34,400 nt of DNA from the IMG/VR virus record IMGVR_UViG_3300038974_000152, positions 1 to 34,400 of that record, one strand, 5' to 3'. The translations under genes and the position numbers were made by a program. Shown one piece after another: positions 1 to 9,296 of this stretch; within the stretch, counting starts at the first letter, position 1, and each line of letters starts with the position of its first letter. The stretch is from a virus. Taxonomy: Duplodnaviria; Caudoviricetes. The notes under the pieces are model-generated. The model saw only the letters and a program-made list of their open reading frames with translations, had not been told where the DNA came from and made no database searches.

Positions 1-106
1 GGAGATTCGAAAGAAATATAGGGATATGAAACCCGAGGACATTCGCTGCATGGACAAAACCACGCCGAGATTGATACAATTCCATACTCTCAAAAATGCC
101 GTAAAT

Positions 107-129
107 CCGCCGTTTCTGGGCGGTTTTTT
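107..129 (+). terminator. Intrinsic terminator-like hairpin
   Basis: ccgcc (107-111) pairs with ggcgg (119-123), followed by tttttt. Confidence 0.45.
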
Positions 130-197
130 AATTTCTGGCACTGTGGCGGCATAGACAGAATGGTAGCCTTGCCAGGGTAATTCGTCCTTTTCAGCGG

Positions 198-246
198 TAC
201 TCTGTAACGATAGAAAAGCTATCGTTACAGAGTAGGGCTATCGTTA
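198..246. repeat. 16-bp perfect inverted repeat plus an extra direct half-site
   Basis: tactctgtaacgatag (198-213) / ctatcgttacagagta (219-234); gctatcgtta recurs at 237-246. Confidence 0.85.
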
Positions 247-321
247 AAATGTGCTGTGTAGCTAATTTCAAATGTTAACAAAGCACAAGAACATGAGTTC
301 TCGAATCAGATAAATAAAAAC

Positions 322-373
322 TCGCAATCTATTGCGAAAAACTATTGTAATGAGAGATGGACTGTGATACAAT
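322..373 (+). promoter_or_regulatory. sigma-A promoter with upstream palindromic operator for the HTH-M-R operon
   Basis: TTGTAA (345-350), 17-bp spacer, TGn-TACAAT (368-373); palindrome tcgcaat-ct-attgcga at 322-337. Confidence 0.65.
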
Positions 374-445
374 ATCTGTAAGGTTCTCTCGGCGGGGTGA
401 GGACTAAGTATTGCTGTTTACGGCTGTTAGAGTTGGAGGATAGGT

Positions 446-655
446 ATGTCAGTTTCGTATAATAAACTCTGGAAGTTGTTGATAGATAAAAATATGAGTG
501 TCGCCGAAATGCGCAGGGCTGCAGATATTGCGCCCAACACGGTTACCCGTATGAAGAAAGACCAGGAAGTGACCATGTCAGTGCTTGAGAAGATTTGTGC
601 TGTGTTAGATGCAGACTTCGGGGACATTGTTGAATATGTCAAAGATGCAAAATAG
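446..655 (+). CDS. XRE/Cro-C1 helix-turn-helix protein (possible R-M controller)
   Basis: 69 aa, SYNKLWKLLIDK...LEKICAVL HTH pattern; GGAGG RBS; directly upstream of MTase and REase. Confidence 0.85.
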   Translation: MSVSYNKLWKLLIDKNMSVAEMRRAADIAPNTVTRMKKDQEVTMSVLEKICAVLDADFGDIVEYVKDAK

Positions 656-693
656 ATTTACTTTTTATCACGGAAAGACAGGATTGAGGTATT

Positions 694-1875
694 ATGAATT
701 CGATAGAATTATTTAGCGGAACGGGCGGATTGGCTCTTGGCTTGCAGCAGGCAGGATTTGATCATAAGGCTCTTTTTGAGTGGGACAAAGCCTCATGCGA
801 AAACATAAAGGAAAATATCGCAAATGGATATCCTGGAGTGAGGGATTGGAAGGTCTACCAAACAGATATAAGAACCGTAAGCTATAACGGCTATACCGGA
901 AATATCCAGCTCGTTGCCGGAGGGCCGCCATGCCAGCCATTTTCGTTAGGCGGAAAGCATCAGGCATATAATGATAAGCGCGATATGTTTCCCGAAGCTG
1001 TGCGCGCTGTACGCGAAACTCAGCCTGAAGCCTTTATCTTTGAAAATGTGAAGGGACTATTACGAAAGTCTTTTAGCTCCTATTTCAATTATATTTTGCT
1101 TCAGCTTCAGCATCCAGAGATTGTAAAAAAAGAAAACATGACCTGGGAAGAACATATGTCGATTTTGGAAAAACACCACACGGCTGGGCACGATGATGGT
1201 CTATCCTACAATGTTGTGTTCCGGTTGCTGAATGCCGCCGATTACGGCGTTCCACAATCCCGTCACCGTGTTATCATCGTTGGTTTCAGAAGTGATAGTA
1301 ATATAAGCTGGAGTTTTCCGAAGGCCACTCACTCTCAGGAGGCTTTGCTATATTCCAAATGGGTTACCGGCGATTATTGGCAGGAACACGGCATGAAAAA
1401 GCCAAACGAGATGCCGCTGTCTACAGCACAATTGCGTTTGGTACGCCATGCCGTTGAAGATACGGATACTCCGCTGCAGAGATGGCAGACTGTGCGTGAT
1501 GCGATTGGGGATCTGCCAAATCCAGCCGATGCGCATAGTTCTTGCGCTTTTTACAATCATGAGTTCCGGGACGGTGCCCGGATTTATGCGGGACATTCGG
1601 GAAGTAAAATGGACGAACCTTCTAAAACCATTAAAGCCGGCGCACACGGTGTTCCCGGTGGCGAAAATATGGTTGTTCTGGACGACGGCAGTGTTCGCTA
1701 CTACACGGTTCGGGAAAGTGCAAGGATACAAACCTTCCCAGACGACTACATCTTTAGTGCATCCTGGACGGAAAGCATGAGGCAAATTGGAAATGCAGTT
1801 CCCGTGAAATTGGCAAAAGCAGTCGGTGACTCCGTTATTACACAGATGAAAGGACTGGTGAAACACAATGGCTAA
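694..1875 (+). CDS. DNA (cytosine-5) methyltransferase, Eco29kI/SacII-like
   Basis: Motif I FSGTGG, IV GGPPCQPFS, VI ENVKG, VIII QSRHR, X IGNAV; TRD SKTIKAGAHGVPGGEN. Confidence 0.95.
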   Translation: MNSIELFSGTGGLALGLQQAGFDHKALFEWDKASCENIKENIANGYPGVRDWKVYQTDIRTVSYNGYTGNIQLVAGGPPCQPFSLGGKHQAYNDKRDMFPEAVRAVRETQPEAFIFENVKGLLRKSFSSYFNYILLQLQHPEIVKKENMTWEEHMSILEKHHTAGHDDGLSYNVVFRLLNAADYGVPQSRHRVIIVGFRSDSNISWSFPKATHSQEALLYSKWVTGDYWQEHGMKKPNEMPLSTAQLRLVRHAVEDTDTPLQRWQTVRDAIGDLPNPADAHSSCAFYNHEFRDGARIYAGHSGSKMDEPSKTIKAGAHGVPGGENMVVLDDGSVRYYTVRESARIQTFPDDYIFSASWTESMRQIGNAVPVKLAKAVGDSVITQMKGLVKHNG

Positions 1876-2497
1876 GAAATCAGATTATCCAGTATTTGAT
1901 CCCTTCAATCCTCTGGACAAACGGCACCTGGGTGCAAGTGTAGCAAATGCTCTTTTGGAGTCTGAAGTTTATCCGTTGCCGCCGAAGCCATTCATCGGGG
2001 CCGGAGTCTATGCGCTGTATTATTTGGGTGACTTCCCCGCTTATGAAGTTCTCGCAGAAGTGAATCGCAACGGCCAATATGCCTGCCCCATTTATGTGGG
2101 AAAGGCAGTCCCCGATGGCGCACGGAAAGGCGGACAGGGAGATGATGTTGATCCCGGAACCGCTCTGTTCAAACGGCTTACAGATCACGCAAAATCAATA
2201 GATGCGGCAACGAATCTAAAATTGGAAGATTTCCGGTGCAGGTTTCTTTCCGTAGATGACATTTGGATTCCTTTAACAGAATCCTTGTTGATTGAACGGT
2301 TTAAACCTGTGTGGAATCGCATCTTGGATGGATTTGGAAATCACGATCCTGGTAAAGGCAGACATAGGGGCAGGATGCCTCTTTGGGATTGCTTACATCC
2401 TGGCCGTGCCTGGGCAGAGCGGCTCCAGCCCTGTGCTTTTACTGCAGAAGAACTGGACCAACGAGTCAGAGAATATTTGAGCGATGCATTATTGTAA
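1868..2497 (+). CDS. Eco29kI-family GIY-YIG type II restriction endonuclease (family recognises CCGCGG)
   Basis: GAGVYALYY, PIYVGKAVP, WN..LDGFGNHDPGKGR and WD.LHPGR.WA match R.Eco29kI signatures; overlaps the MTase stop. Confidence 0.92.
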   Translation: MAKKSDYPVFDPFNPLDKRHLGASVANALLESEVYPLPPKPFIGAGVYALYYLGDFPAYEVLAEVNRNGQYACPIYVGKAVPDGARKGGQGDDVDPGTALFKRLTDHAKSIDAATNLKLEDFRCRFLSVDDIWIPLTESLLIERFKPVWNRILDGFGNHDPGKGRHRGRMPLWDCLHPGRAWAERLQPCAFTAEELDQRVREYLSDALL

Positions 2498-2605
2498 GGC
2501 TATCGATGTATTGCCAATTGGCGAATGACAGTTAAATATCAACGGCATTGGCGCTGAGCGGTGAATTAGAAAAGCCTACATTTTTCACTGTAGGAGGGCG
2601 TTCGT

Positions 2606-4471
2606 GTGAGGAAAAGCCGATCATTCAAGGAATATGTTGAGAATAACCTCGACAATCAGATCTGGAAGGAAATTGAAGAGTTTTTGCATTCGGTTGACCC
2701 TTCTGTCCTCGATTTGCGCCTTAACAGAGTCCGCAATGTCGGCGAAATAGAACTTTACGAAACAGAGCTGCAGTTTGTCGATGTGTCTGACCTCCCTGGT
2801 TCTGCTATAGAATTTGATGTGGTTATGGACGCTACGCTCATTGTCCATGATGAGGATCGATATCATAACGATGAAACTGAGGCAACTCATCAATGGCTCA
2901 TGGTTCGCTGCCGTGGCGATCTGGACTGTGGGCTGAGCGACCTGGATATTTATGATGTCCTCGTGTATAACAGCCGTAACCGTCAGAGGCGTCCTATGTC
3001 CAATGCGCTCGTGCCAATCATCTATAAAGATAATCTTGAAAAAGAAGCCGAGGCGTTCCTGCGAAAGTACTACAAAGAGGCCCTCCTGCAGCCGATGTGG
3101 GTCGATCCATCCGAACTGGCAAAGCGGATGAAACTCACAGTGATTCGGCATCGCATATCGAAGGACATGAATGTTTTCGGGCAGATCTATTTTCGTGAAA
3201 CGGACGCTAAACTGTATGACGGAGAGAAAGAGGCGGAGACGGTAAAACACGTCATGCCAGGAACCGTTATTGTTGACCCGTCTGTGGCTTTCCAGCGAAA
3301 TCTTGGAGCTTACAATAATACCATTGTTCATGAATGTGTTCATTGGGAACTTCATAGGAAGGCATTTGCGCTGGAACAGCTATATAACGAGAATGCAAGC
3401 CAGATTAAGTGTAAGGTAGTCGGTGGCGTAGAAGGACCGAATAACGACGATACCAAGTGGATGGAGTGGCAGGCAAACGCCCTTGCTCCACGAATCCAGA
3501 TGCCTCTCGCCATGTTTAAAAAGCAGGCATCCTCTACCATTCGGAAATATCGTGATAAGCTCGGTGTTTTTGAACTATGCGAGGTAATGCCCTACGTCAT
3601 CGAGGACTTAGCGACATTTTTCATGGTTTCCCGGACGGCGGCAAAGCTGCGCATGATTGATGCCGGGTATGAGGAAGCGGCAGGAGCCTTTATCTACATA
3701 GACGGACATTACGTTAAGCCCCACGCTTATAAAAAAGGTTCAATCAAGCGCAACCAGACCTACTCCATTCCGGCGCAGGATGCGGCAATCCAGAGCCTTG
3801 TTAATCCAAAGCTGAAAGATGCCGGGCACTATGTTTATATCGATTCGCACTTTGTTCTGAACCATCCAAGGTATGTGTACCAGAATGAAGCCGGCGAGAC
3901 TTTGATGACCGACTACGCCCGGTATCATGTGGATGAGTGCTGTCTGGCATTTGATCTCTCTATTCGGGGCAAGGTAGAGGAACGCTATCACCGGGAATGC
4001 TTTCTGAATCGCGACAAAGGCTCTCCTATCGACTTTGATATCGTGTATAAGGGAGAAAACGGAGAACTTGATGCAGAAAGCAGAAAAAAACTCATCCGTG
4101 ATACGGTTATGGAGGAAGCCAGAGTATTGGACGGTCTTTCCAACAACTATACGAAAGCATGGAAAGAACTATTGAAATGGAGAGGCATCTCACAGGCAGA
4201 ACTCTCCCGCCGAACTATGATCACAGAAAAGACTATCGGGCATATCATCAATGGAGATACCATTGGAACTCTCAATAATGTGGTATTGATGTGCCTTGCC
4301 GCTCATCTTCCTTGGGATATGAGTGATTATCTGATTCAACGCTCTGGACATAAGCTGTTATGGAACAACAATGACCACAATTGGTATCGGTTTGTGCTGA
4401 AGAATATGTACCCAAAATCAATCCCGGAAATACAGGCATTTCTACAGGAGCAGGGTGCGAGTCCGCTGTAA
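2606..4471 (+). CDS. ImmA/IrrE-family Zn metallopeptidase fused to a C-terminal XRE HTH
   Basis: HECVH zinc motif and EWQANALA helix; C-terminal GISQAELSRRTMITEKTIGHIING HTH; AGGAGG RBS before GTG. Confidence 0.85.
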   Translation: MRKSRSFKEYVENNLDNQIWKEIEEFLHSVDPSVLDLRLNRVRNVGEIELYETELQFVDVSDLPGSAIEFDVVMDATLIVHDEDRYHNDETEATHQWLMVRCRGDLDCGLSDLDIYDVLVYNSRNRQRRPMSNALVPIIYKDNLEKEAEAFLRKYYKEALLQPMWVDPSELAKRMKLTVIRHRISKDMNVFGQIYFRETDAKLYDGEKEAETVKHVMPGTVIVDPSVAFQRNLGAYNNTIVHECVHWELHRKAFALEQLYNENASQIKCKVVGGVEGPNNDDTKWMEWQANALAPRIQMPLAMFKKQASSTIRKYRDKLGVFELCEVMPYVIEDLATFFMVSRTAAKLRMIDAGYEEAAGAFIYIDGHYVKPHAYKKGSIKRNQTYSIPAQDAAIQSLVNPKLKDAGHYVYIDSHFVLNHPRYVYQNEAGETLMTDYARYHVDECCLAFDLSIRGKVEERYHRECFLNRDKGSPIDFDIVYKGENGELDAESRKKLIRDTVMEEARVLDGLSNNYTKAWKELLKWRGISQAELSRRTMITEKTIGHIINGDTIGTLNNVVLMCLAAHLPWDMSDYLIQRSGHKLLWNNNDHNWYRFVLKNMYPKSIPEIQAFLQEQGASPL

Positions 4472-4505
4472 GTCCCCAAAATCCATATTTTAACAGGAGC
4501 CAGAG

Positions 4506-5153
4506 ATGAAAATAGAGATTGAAAAGGATTTTCCTCAGTATTTTAAGCCAGCATATCCAGAAGAATTTGAATTGTTTTCCCATTTTGAAGTAACGTCGGG
4601 TATACCAAACGTTTTGTTTGCCATCACTACTTGGAAAGAGAACGGCCAACCGAATGTGTGCTTTCATTCGTGGAGTTGCTTTCACGGAGATAAGACCGCT
4701 TTCTTTGCTGTGATGGGCAACTTATATCAGCATACTCACACCTATGCTAATATCCAAAGGGAAAAATGTTTTTGCATCAACTTCCTTCCGATAAGTTATT
4801 ATGATAATTTGGTGAACACCATTCATCATAATGAAATAGACGATGACGAATTTGCAGAAGGGGGTTTTACGGTTTCCAGTGCAAAAACTATTCACGCACC
4901 TGTAATCAATGAGGCGTTTCTTACTATGGAATGCGCCCTGAAAGAAGTGCAAGATTTAAGCGATGCGGGAATAACTGCTATGGTGATCGGGCAAGTGCAG
5001 CATATTTCTGTGGAGGAAGCGTATGCGCAGGGGTATGAACGGAGATACGGTAAAGACGGATTTATGCTGCTTGTTCCTGCACCGCAGGACCTTATCACCG
5101 GGGAGCCAAATCAGTCAGCGATTGCGACAGTGCATATTGAGAAGTATGATTGA
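4506..5153 (+). CDS. Flavin reductase-like (FMN split-barrel) protein
   Basis: ITTWKENGQPN, HTYANI..EKCFCINF, APVINEAFLTMEC pattern; AGGAG RBS. Confidence 0.75.
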   Translation: MKIEIEKDFPQYFKPAYPEEFELFSHFEVTSGIPNVLFAITTWKENGQPNVCFHSWSCFHGDKTAFFAVMGNLYQHTHTYANIQREKCFCINFLPISYYDNLVNTIHHNEIDDDEFAEGGFTVSSAKTIHAPVINEAFLTMECALKEVQDLSDAGITAMVIGQVQHISVEEAYAQGYERRYGKDGFMLLVPAPQDLITGEPNQSAIATVHIEKYD

Positions 5154-5189
5154 TTCATGAAAGGAAGTTAAAATTTGAGGAGGAGCCCT

Positions 5190-5675
5190 ATGAGTGAAAA
5201 TGTACGTCTTGGCGATGGCGTTGTGGATGAAGCAAAAGCTGAGGCTAATAACAGGATAAAAGAACTGGTTAAGATGTCAGTCAATATGTTTTTTGATTAT
5301 CTGGAGAGTCAGATGAAAGACCTCCCGGATACTATCAAGCGGTTACGCAGTAATCCAGAATTGGAACAGAAAGTAGAGGCATTATGGTCAGAGCAACTTT
5401 TTGAAGAAGGCCTTGTTCCTAAAGGATATAGTGGTCTGCCTGATAAGTTGCTGGTTACCAATCTCCATCAGGATGGATATTTGGGTGGGATGTACGTAGG
5501 CTATATCCTTGCGATGATGGCGCTGGTGGATAATGGCGCTTCTAAAGACACGATTCTTGCTGTTCGTGATTATATCCGACCGAATTTAATGGGGCACCAT
5601 TTTGATGACCGGGATGAGTTTATCGGTCAATATAAAAATGAAAAATATAGTTGGGTTGAAAAGGAAAAGGGCTGA
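5190..5675 (+). CDS. Hypothetical protein
   Basis: AGGAGGAG RBS before ATG 5190; co-oriented ORF; no recognised motif. Confidence 0.7.
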   Translation: MSENVRLGDGVVDEAKAEANNRIKELVKMSVNMFFDYLESQMKDLPDTIKRLRSNPELEQKVEALWSEQLFEEGLVPKGYSGLPDKLLVTNLHQDGYLGGMYVGYILAMMALVDNGASKDTILAVRDYIRPNLMGHHFDDRDEFIGQYKNEKYSWVEKEKG

Positions 5676-5789
5676 CCATAGGGATACCCAATAGATAAAG
5701 AATGGGATTACAGTAAGTTTTTTTATATTTACACCCGAAAACATGGAAATCCGATTACCATGCTCAAAATAACATGAAAAGTGCCTGAC

Positions 5790-5834
5790 AGAGCCATATG
5801 TGACCTTAGCGGTCATGTATGGCTCTATTTTTTT
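5790..5834 (+). terminator. Intrinsic terminator ending the accessory block
   Basis: agagccatatgtgacc / ggtcatgtatggctct stem (with G-U pairs) followed by T7. Confidence 0.7.
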
Positions 5835-6148
5835 GCCTATTTTTCGGGCCTTTGAGGGCGCAACATGGAAATGTGCTTACAATTCCGTGTCCTGCACGAA
5901 GCGGCTAAAATGGAATTATCAAAGGGAACACCTTTGAAATAAATCAAATCCGCTTTGTGAAGTACGCGCGTTAAGCAGAGCGGTGGATACATACGGAAGT
6001 CTGAAACTGGCGTTAGTGCGCTGGTTCAGGAAAATCCGATGTCCACCGTTTTCTTGCCATGCCCTCACAAGGCTGCGGGGCCGGTGTGCCATCAGATACG
6101 CCGGCTTTCTTCGTGTCCACCGCTCGATGAGCGGTGAAAGGACACGAA

Positions 6149-6754
6149 ATGAAAGTAAATCAGAGTAACACAGAGTCAAAGAAGTTCCAGATCCCGATGG
6201 TGGTAACAGATGAGGTCATCCGTGACTTTGGCATCAAGCCGGAGGAAGTCACCTGGCGGCGCATCGGCAACCGCAAGTACCGGGTGGTCATGGTGGACGC
6301 AACCGAAGAAGAGTACAAAGCGTATATGGCGCCGATCTGGGCAGAAATCAAACGCGAGGATCGGGAAGGACGGTGCATGGTCAAGGGCAAAAACGGCAAG
6401 CTGATCCGCTGTCCGGAAAGCAACCGCTGTGAGGAGTGCAAGCACTTCTCGGAGGCCAGCCGTGAGCGGAACAAGCCCGCCTCCCTCTCTGTCCTGATGG
6501 ATGAGGGTGCGGAGCCGATTGCTGAAGGGTCATTTGAGGATGATGTGATTTATGAAACCATTCTGGAAGACCTTATCGCCATGCTGACAGAAATCAAGCC
6601 GAAGTACGGCAGGATCTTCCGCCTGCTCTACGATGGAGCCACCCAGCAGGAAATGGCGGACGAGCTGGGCATCAAACAGCGCACGGTGTCGGATGACATC
6701 AAGAAAATTCGCAGCCTGGTGCAGCCGCTGGTAAAGGACATCTTCAACCGTTAA
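6149..6754 (+). CDS. Phage sigma-70 region-4 HTH regulator with Cys-rich segment
   Basis: C-terminal ATQQEMADELGIKQRTVSDDIKKI HTH; RC...RCPESNRCEEC cluster; start placed at ATG 6149 after GAAAGGA. Confidence 0.8.
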   Translation: MKVNQSNTESKKFQIPMVVTDEVIRDFGIKPEEVTWRRIGNRKYRVVMVDATEEEYKAYMAPIWAEIKREDREGRCMVKGKNGKLIRCPESNRCEECKHFSEASRERNKPASLSVLMDEGAEPIAEGSFEDDVIYETILEDLIAMLTEIKPKYGRIFRLLYDGATQQEMADELGIKQRTVSDDIKKIRSLVQPLVKDIFNR

Positions 6755-6797
6755 AAAATGGGCGGTGCTTATCATCACGATAGGCACCGCCTTTTTC
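6753..6797. terminator. Bidirectional intrinsic terminator between convergent regulator and polymerase genes
   Basis: A-run, gggcggtgcttatc / gataggcaccgcct stem, T-run. Confidence 0.8.
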
Positions 6798-8787
6798 AGT
6801 CTTTCTTGTAAAACATGGTTTCATAGCCGTCTGCCCGGAGATGCAGCCCCTCTATCCACGGCGGCGTCCTTCCCATCTGATCGCATACGGCGTCCAGGGA
6901 GACATCCATGCCGCATTCAATGATCAGCTCATCGTGGACATGGCCGACGATAAAGCAGTGAGACAGCGTCCGTATGGCATACATGAGGATGTCCCTGGAG
7001 ATGGCCTGGACGATGTTTTCCACAAATTTCGGGCCGTAGGATTCGATGCGTCCCCACTTCTTTGTGCTGCCAACGCCTTCATAGGCGACAGAATCGCCGC
7101 CGAACTTGTTTGTCCCCATCTTCGGCTTCACATAGCAGAGCCGACGGCCGGATGGCAGAACGATGAAAAGCATCCCGCTGCGGTAACGGAACCGGATACC
7201 GTGCGTCTCTGTGTCAAGCCGCTGGCGGACGGTGGTTTTCACCGCATTGTCCACATCCCACCAAAGCTGCACGATGTTCGGATTGGAGGTGCGCCACGCA
7301 TCTACAAGGGGCTGGAGTTCCTCCTCGGAAAGCCCCATTTCCAGTGCGCCCATCGACTTTAGGGCGCCCACCGATCCGCCGTATCCCAGGGCAAGTTCGG
7401 CGATTTTGCCTTTTTGCCGGAGATGGGCGTTCTGTCCGTGCTTTTCCACCGGAACATGGAACATGGCGGAGGCACTGGCGCAGTAGATGTCGCCGTTTTC
7501 CGCAAAGACCTTCAGACGCCAGGACTCGCCGGCCAAAAACGAAAGTACACGGGCTTCGATAGCGGAAAAGTCAGAAACGATGAATTTGTACCCGTCCCTC
7601 GGCACAAACGCCGTACGGATGAGTTCAGACAGGACTTCCGGCACGGAGTCATACAGTGCAGAGAGCAGGGCGTAATCGCCTGAACGAACAAGGCTTCTCG
7701 CGTCCTCCAGATGTGCCATGTGGTTCTGCGGTAGGTTCTGCAATTGGATCAGCCTGCCCGCCCAGCGGCCGCTTCTGTTCGCACCATAAAACTGGAACAT
7801 CCCTCTTGCCCTGCCGTCTGCGCATACGGCATTCTGCATTGCCTGGTACTTCTTCACGGAGGATTTGGCAAGCTGCCGGCGCAGCTCCAGTACCTCGGCA
7901 AGCTCCGGCGGCGCGGTTTTCAGCAGTTCCTTCACAGCCTTCTTGTCCAGGGAGTCCACCTCAAGGCCATGCTTTGTAAGCCATTCCTTCATCTGCTGGA
8001 CGGAGTTCGGGTTTTCCAGGGCGGTGAGCTGCCGCATCTTTGCGGAAAGTTCCTCCCTGGAACGCTCATCAATGGCGATGGCCTGTTCCACCAGCACCAT
8101 GTCAAGCTGTATGCCCCGGTCGTTGATCTCCTGGTCAAGATGATATTCCTCCCACAGGAACTCCGGCACAGGGAACTTCGACAGCTTCTCCTGTATCGCC
8201 ATTTCAGTTTCCACATCCCGCTTGTTATAAGCGATGAAGGTTGACCACTTCACCGGGTCATGCTCCGGTAGGTTGCGCGTCCTGCCGCCATTGGCCTTGG
8301 TAGGCTTGCAGGGGACGCAGAAATAGCGGATGAGCGCCTTGCCCTCAGCCATCTTCTGGTTTTCCAGCTTGAGGACTTTGCCGATCCCCTCCAGAGAGAG
8401 GGGCAGCCCCATGTACGCGCCCCATACCAGGGAGCAGCGCCAGGAGGACGGGTCGAGGTAGTTCCGAACGGTATCACCCTCTATGCTGTAGGAGGAGAAG
8501 TGCTGCGGATAGTTCCGGCGCAGCCAGACGGAAAGGCAGATCCGCTCGAAAGACGCATTGTACGCCCACTTGATAACGGAATCGTCCGAGAGCGCCCGGA
8601 TGATCTCTTCCGGCACGGTATCGCCGGATGCCAGGTCATATACGGTGACATCGCCGCCGTCCACGGATACGCCGAAGAGCAGGATTTCAAAATCAGGAGA
8701 CTCGGCGTATTTATACACGCCGCATTTTTTCAGATCGACACTGGAGAATGACTCAATATCAATTTCTAAACTTGTTATTTCAGCCAT
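6796..8787 (-). CDS. Phage DNA polymerase, family A, with 3'-5' exonuclease domain
   Basis: Exo DIESFS and YNASFE; motif A SDFSAIEARV, motif B RQKGKIAELALGYG, motif C HVHDEL; start MAEIT after GGAGG. Confidence 0.93.
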   Translation of the reverse strand: MAEITSLEIDIESFSSVDLKKCGVYKYAESPDFEILLFGVSVDGGDVTVYDLASGDTVPEEIIRALSDDSVIKWAYNASFERICLSVWLRRNYPQHFSSYSIEGDTVRNYLDPSSWRCSLVWGAYMGLPLSLEGIGKVLKLENQKMAEGKALIRYFCVPCKPTKANGGRTRNLPEHDPVKWSTFIAYNKRDVETEMAIQEKLSKFPVPEFLWEEYHLDQEINDRGIQLDMVLVEQAIAIDERSREELSAKMRQLTALENPNSVQQMKEWLTKHGLEVDSLDKKAVKELLKTAPPELAEVLELRRQLAKSSVKKYQAMQNAVCADGRARGMFQFYGANRSGRWAGRLIQLQNLPQNHMAHLEDARSLVRSGDYALLSALYDSVPEVLSELIRTAFVPRDGYKFIVSDFSAIEARVLSFLAGESWRLKVFAENGDIYCASASAMFHVPVEKHGQNAHLRQKGKIAELALGYGGSVGALKSMGALEMGLSEEELQPLVDAWRTSNPNIVQLWWDVDNAVKTTVRQRLDTETHGIRFRYRSGMLFIVLPSGRRLCYVKPKMGTNKFGGDSVAYEGVGSTKKWGRIESYGPKFVENIVQAISRDILMYAIRTLSHCFIVGHVHDELIIECGMDVSLDAVCDQMGRTPPWIEGLHLRADGYETMFYKKD

Positions 8788-9296
8788 GAGTAAAGCCTCC
8801 CTTTTCGGATTGCGGAGATGACGCTTTGGGAAACGCCATACATCTTTGATAGTTCGCATCCCTTTATTCCACAGTAAAAGCCAAACCGAATGGCCTGCAC
8901 ATCATCAACGGACAGCTTTCTCCAAACCTTTCCTTGCCTATATACATCGAGAATGTTTTCTGTTCGTGTGCCATATCTGAGATTTTCCAGCCGATTATCA
9001 GTAGGATCACCATTGTTATGCAAGACCTCCATCCCATCTGGCGGCGCCCCGACGAAAGTCAGCATTACTAATTGATGAACAGGGCGGCCGGGTGTTCCAC
9101 GTCCAAGTATTACAGATACATGGCCGCTTTTACAAAATTGCCCTGGCCTTAAAACTCGCCCCTTCACATTTCGATAAAATTCTTTACCCGTAAAATGGCA
9201 TACGCCGCGAACTTTCTGGTCTAAACTACGGATTCTGCCCATATCACTTGCCTGATATTTTCCTTCATAGCCAGGGATGTCTTTCCATGTTTCCAA
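8775..9296 (-). CDS. NUMOD4-HNH homing endonuclease (free-standing)
   Basis: ETWKDIPGYEGKYQASDMGRIRS (NUMOD4); VHQLV..F..EVLHNNGDPTDNRLENL (HNH); TTG start after GGAGGTGA; AT-richer than flanks. Confidence 0.9.
   Translation of the reverse strand: METWKDIPGYEGKYQASDMGRIRSLDQKVRGVCHFTGKEFYRNVKGRVLRPGQFCKSGHVSVILGRGTPGRPVHQLVMLTFVGAPPDGMEVLHNNGDPTDNRLENLRYGTRTENILDVYRQGKVWRKLSVDDVQAIRFGFYCGIKGCELSKMYGVSQSVISAIRKGRLYSWLK

Noticed and set aside
1-154. Open frame at the left edge as the integration-target gene (e.g. rlmD/rumA 3' end)
   Set aside because: The translation EIRKKYRDMKPEDIRCMDK... does not match motifs I recognise; too short to call.
1448-1780. Alternate-frame ORF inside the R-M methyltransferase
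   Set aside because: Checked as a possible second nested subunit; no convincing RBS or MTase-like segment, and the main frame has all motifs.
5983-6168. 61-aa ORF as a leader peptide
   Set aside because: Weak RBS, and it runs through hairpin-rich sequence better explained as RNA structure.
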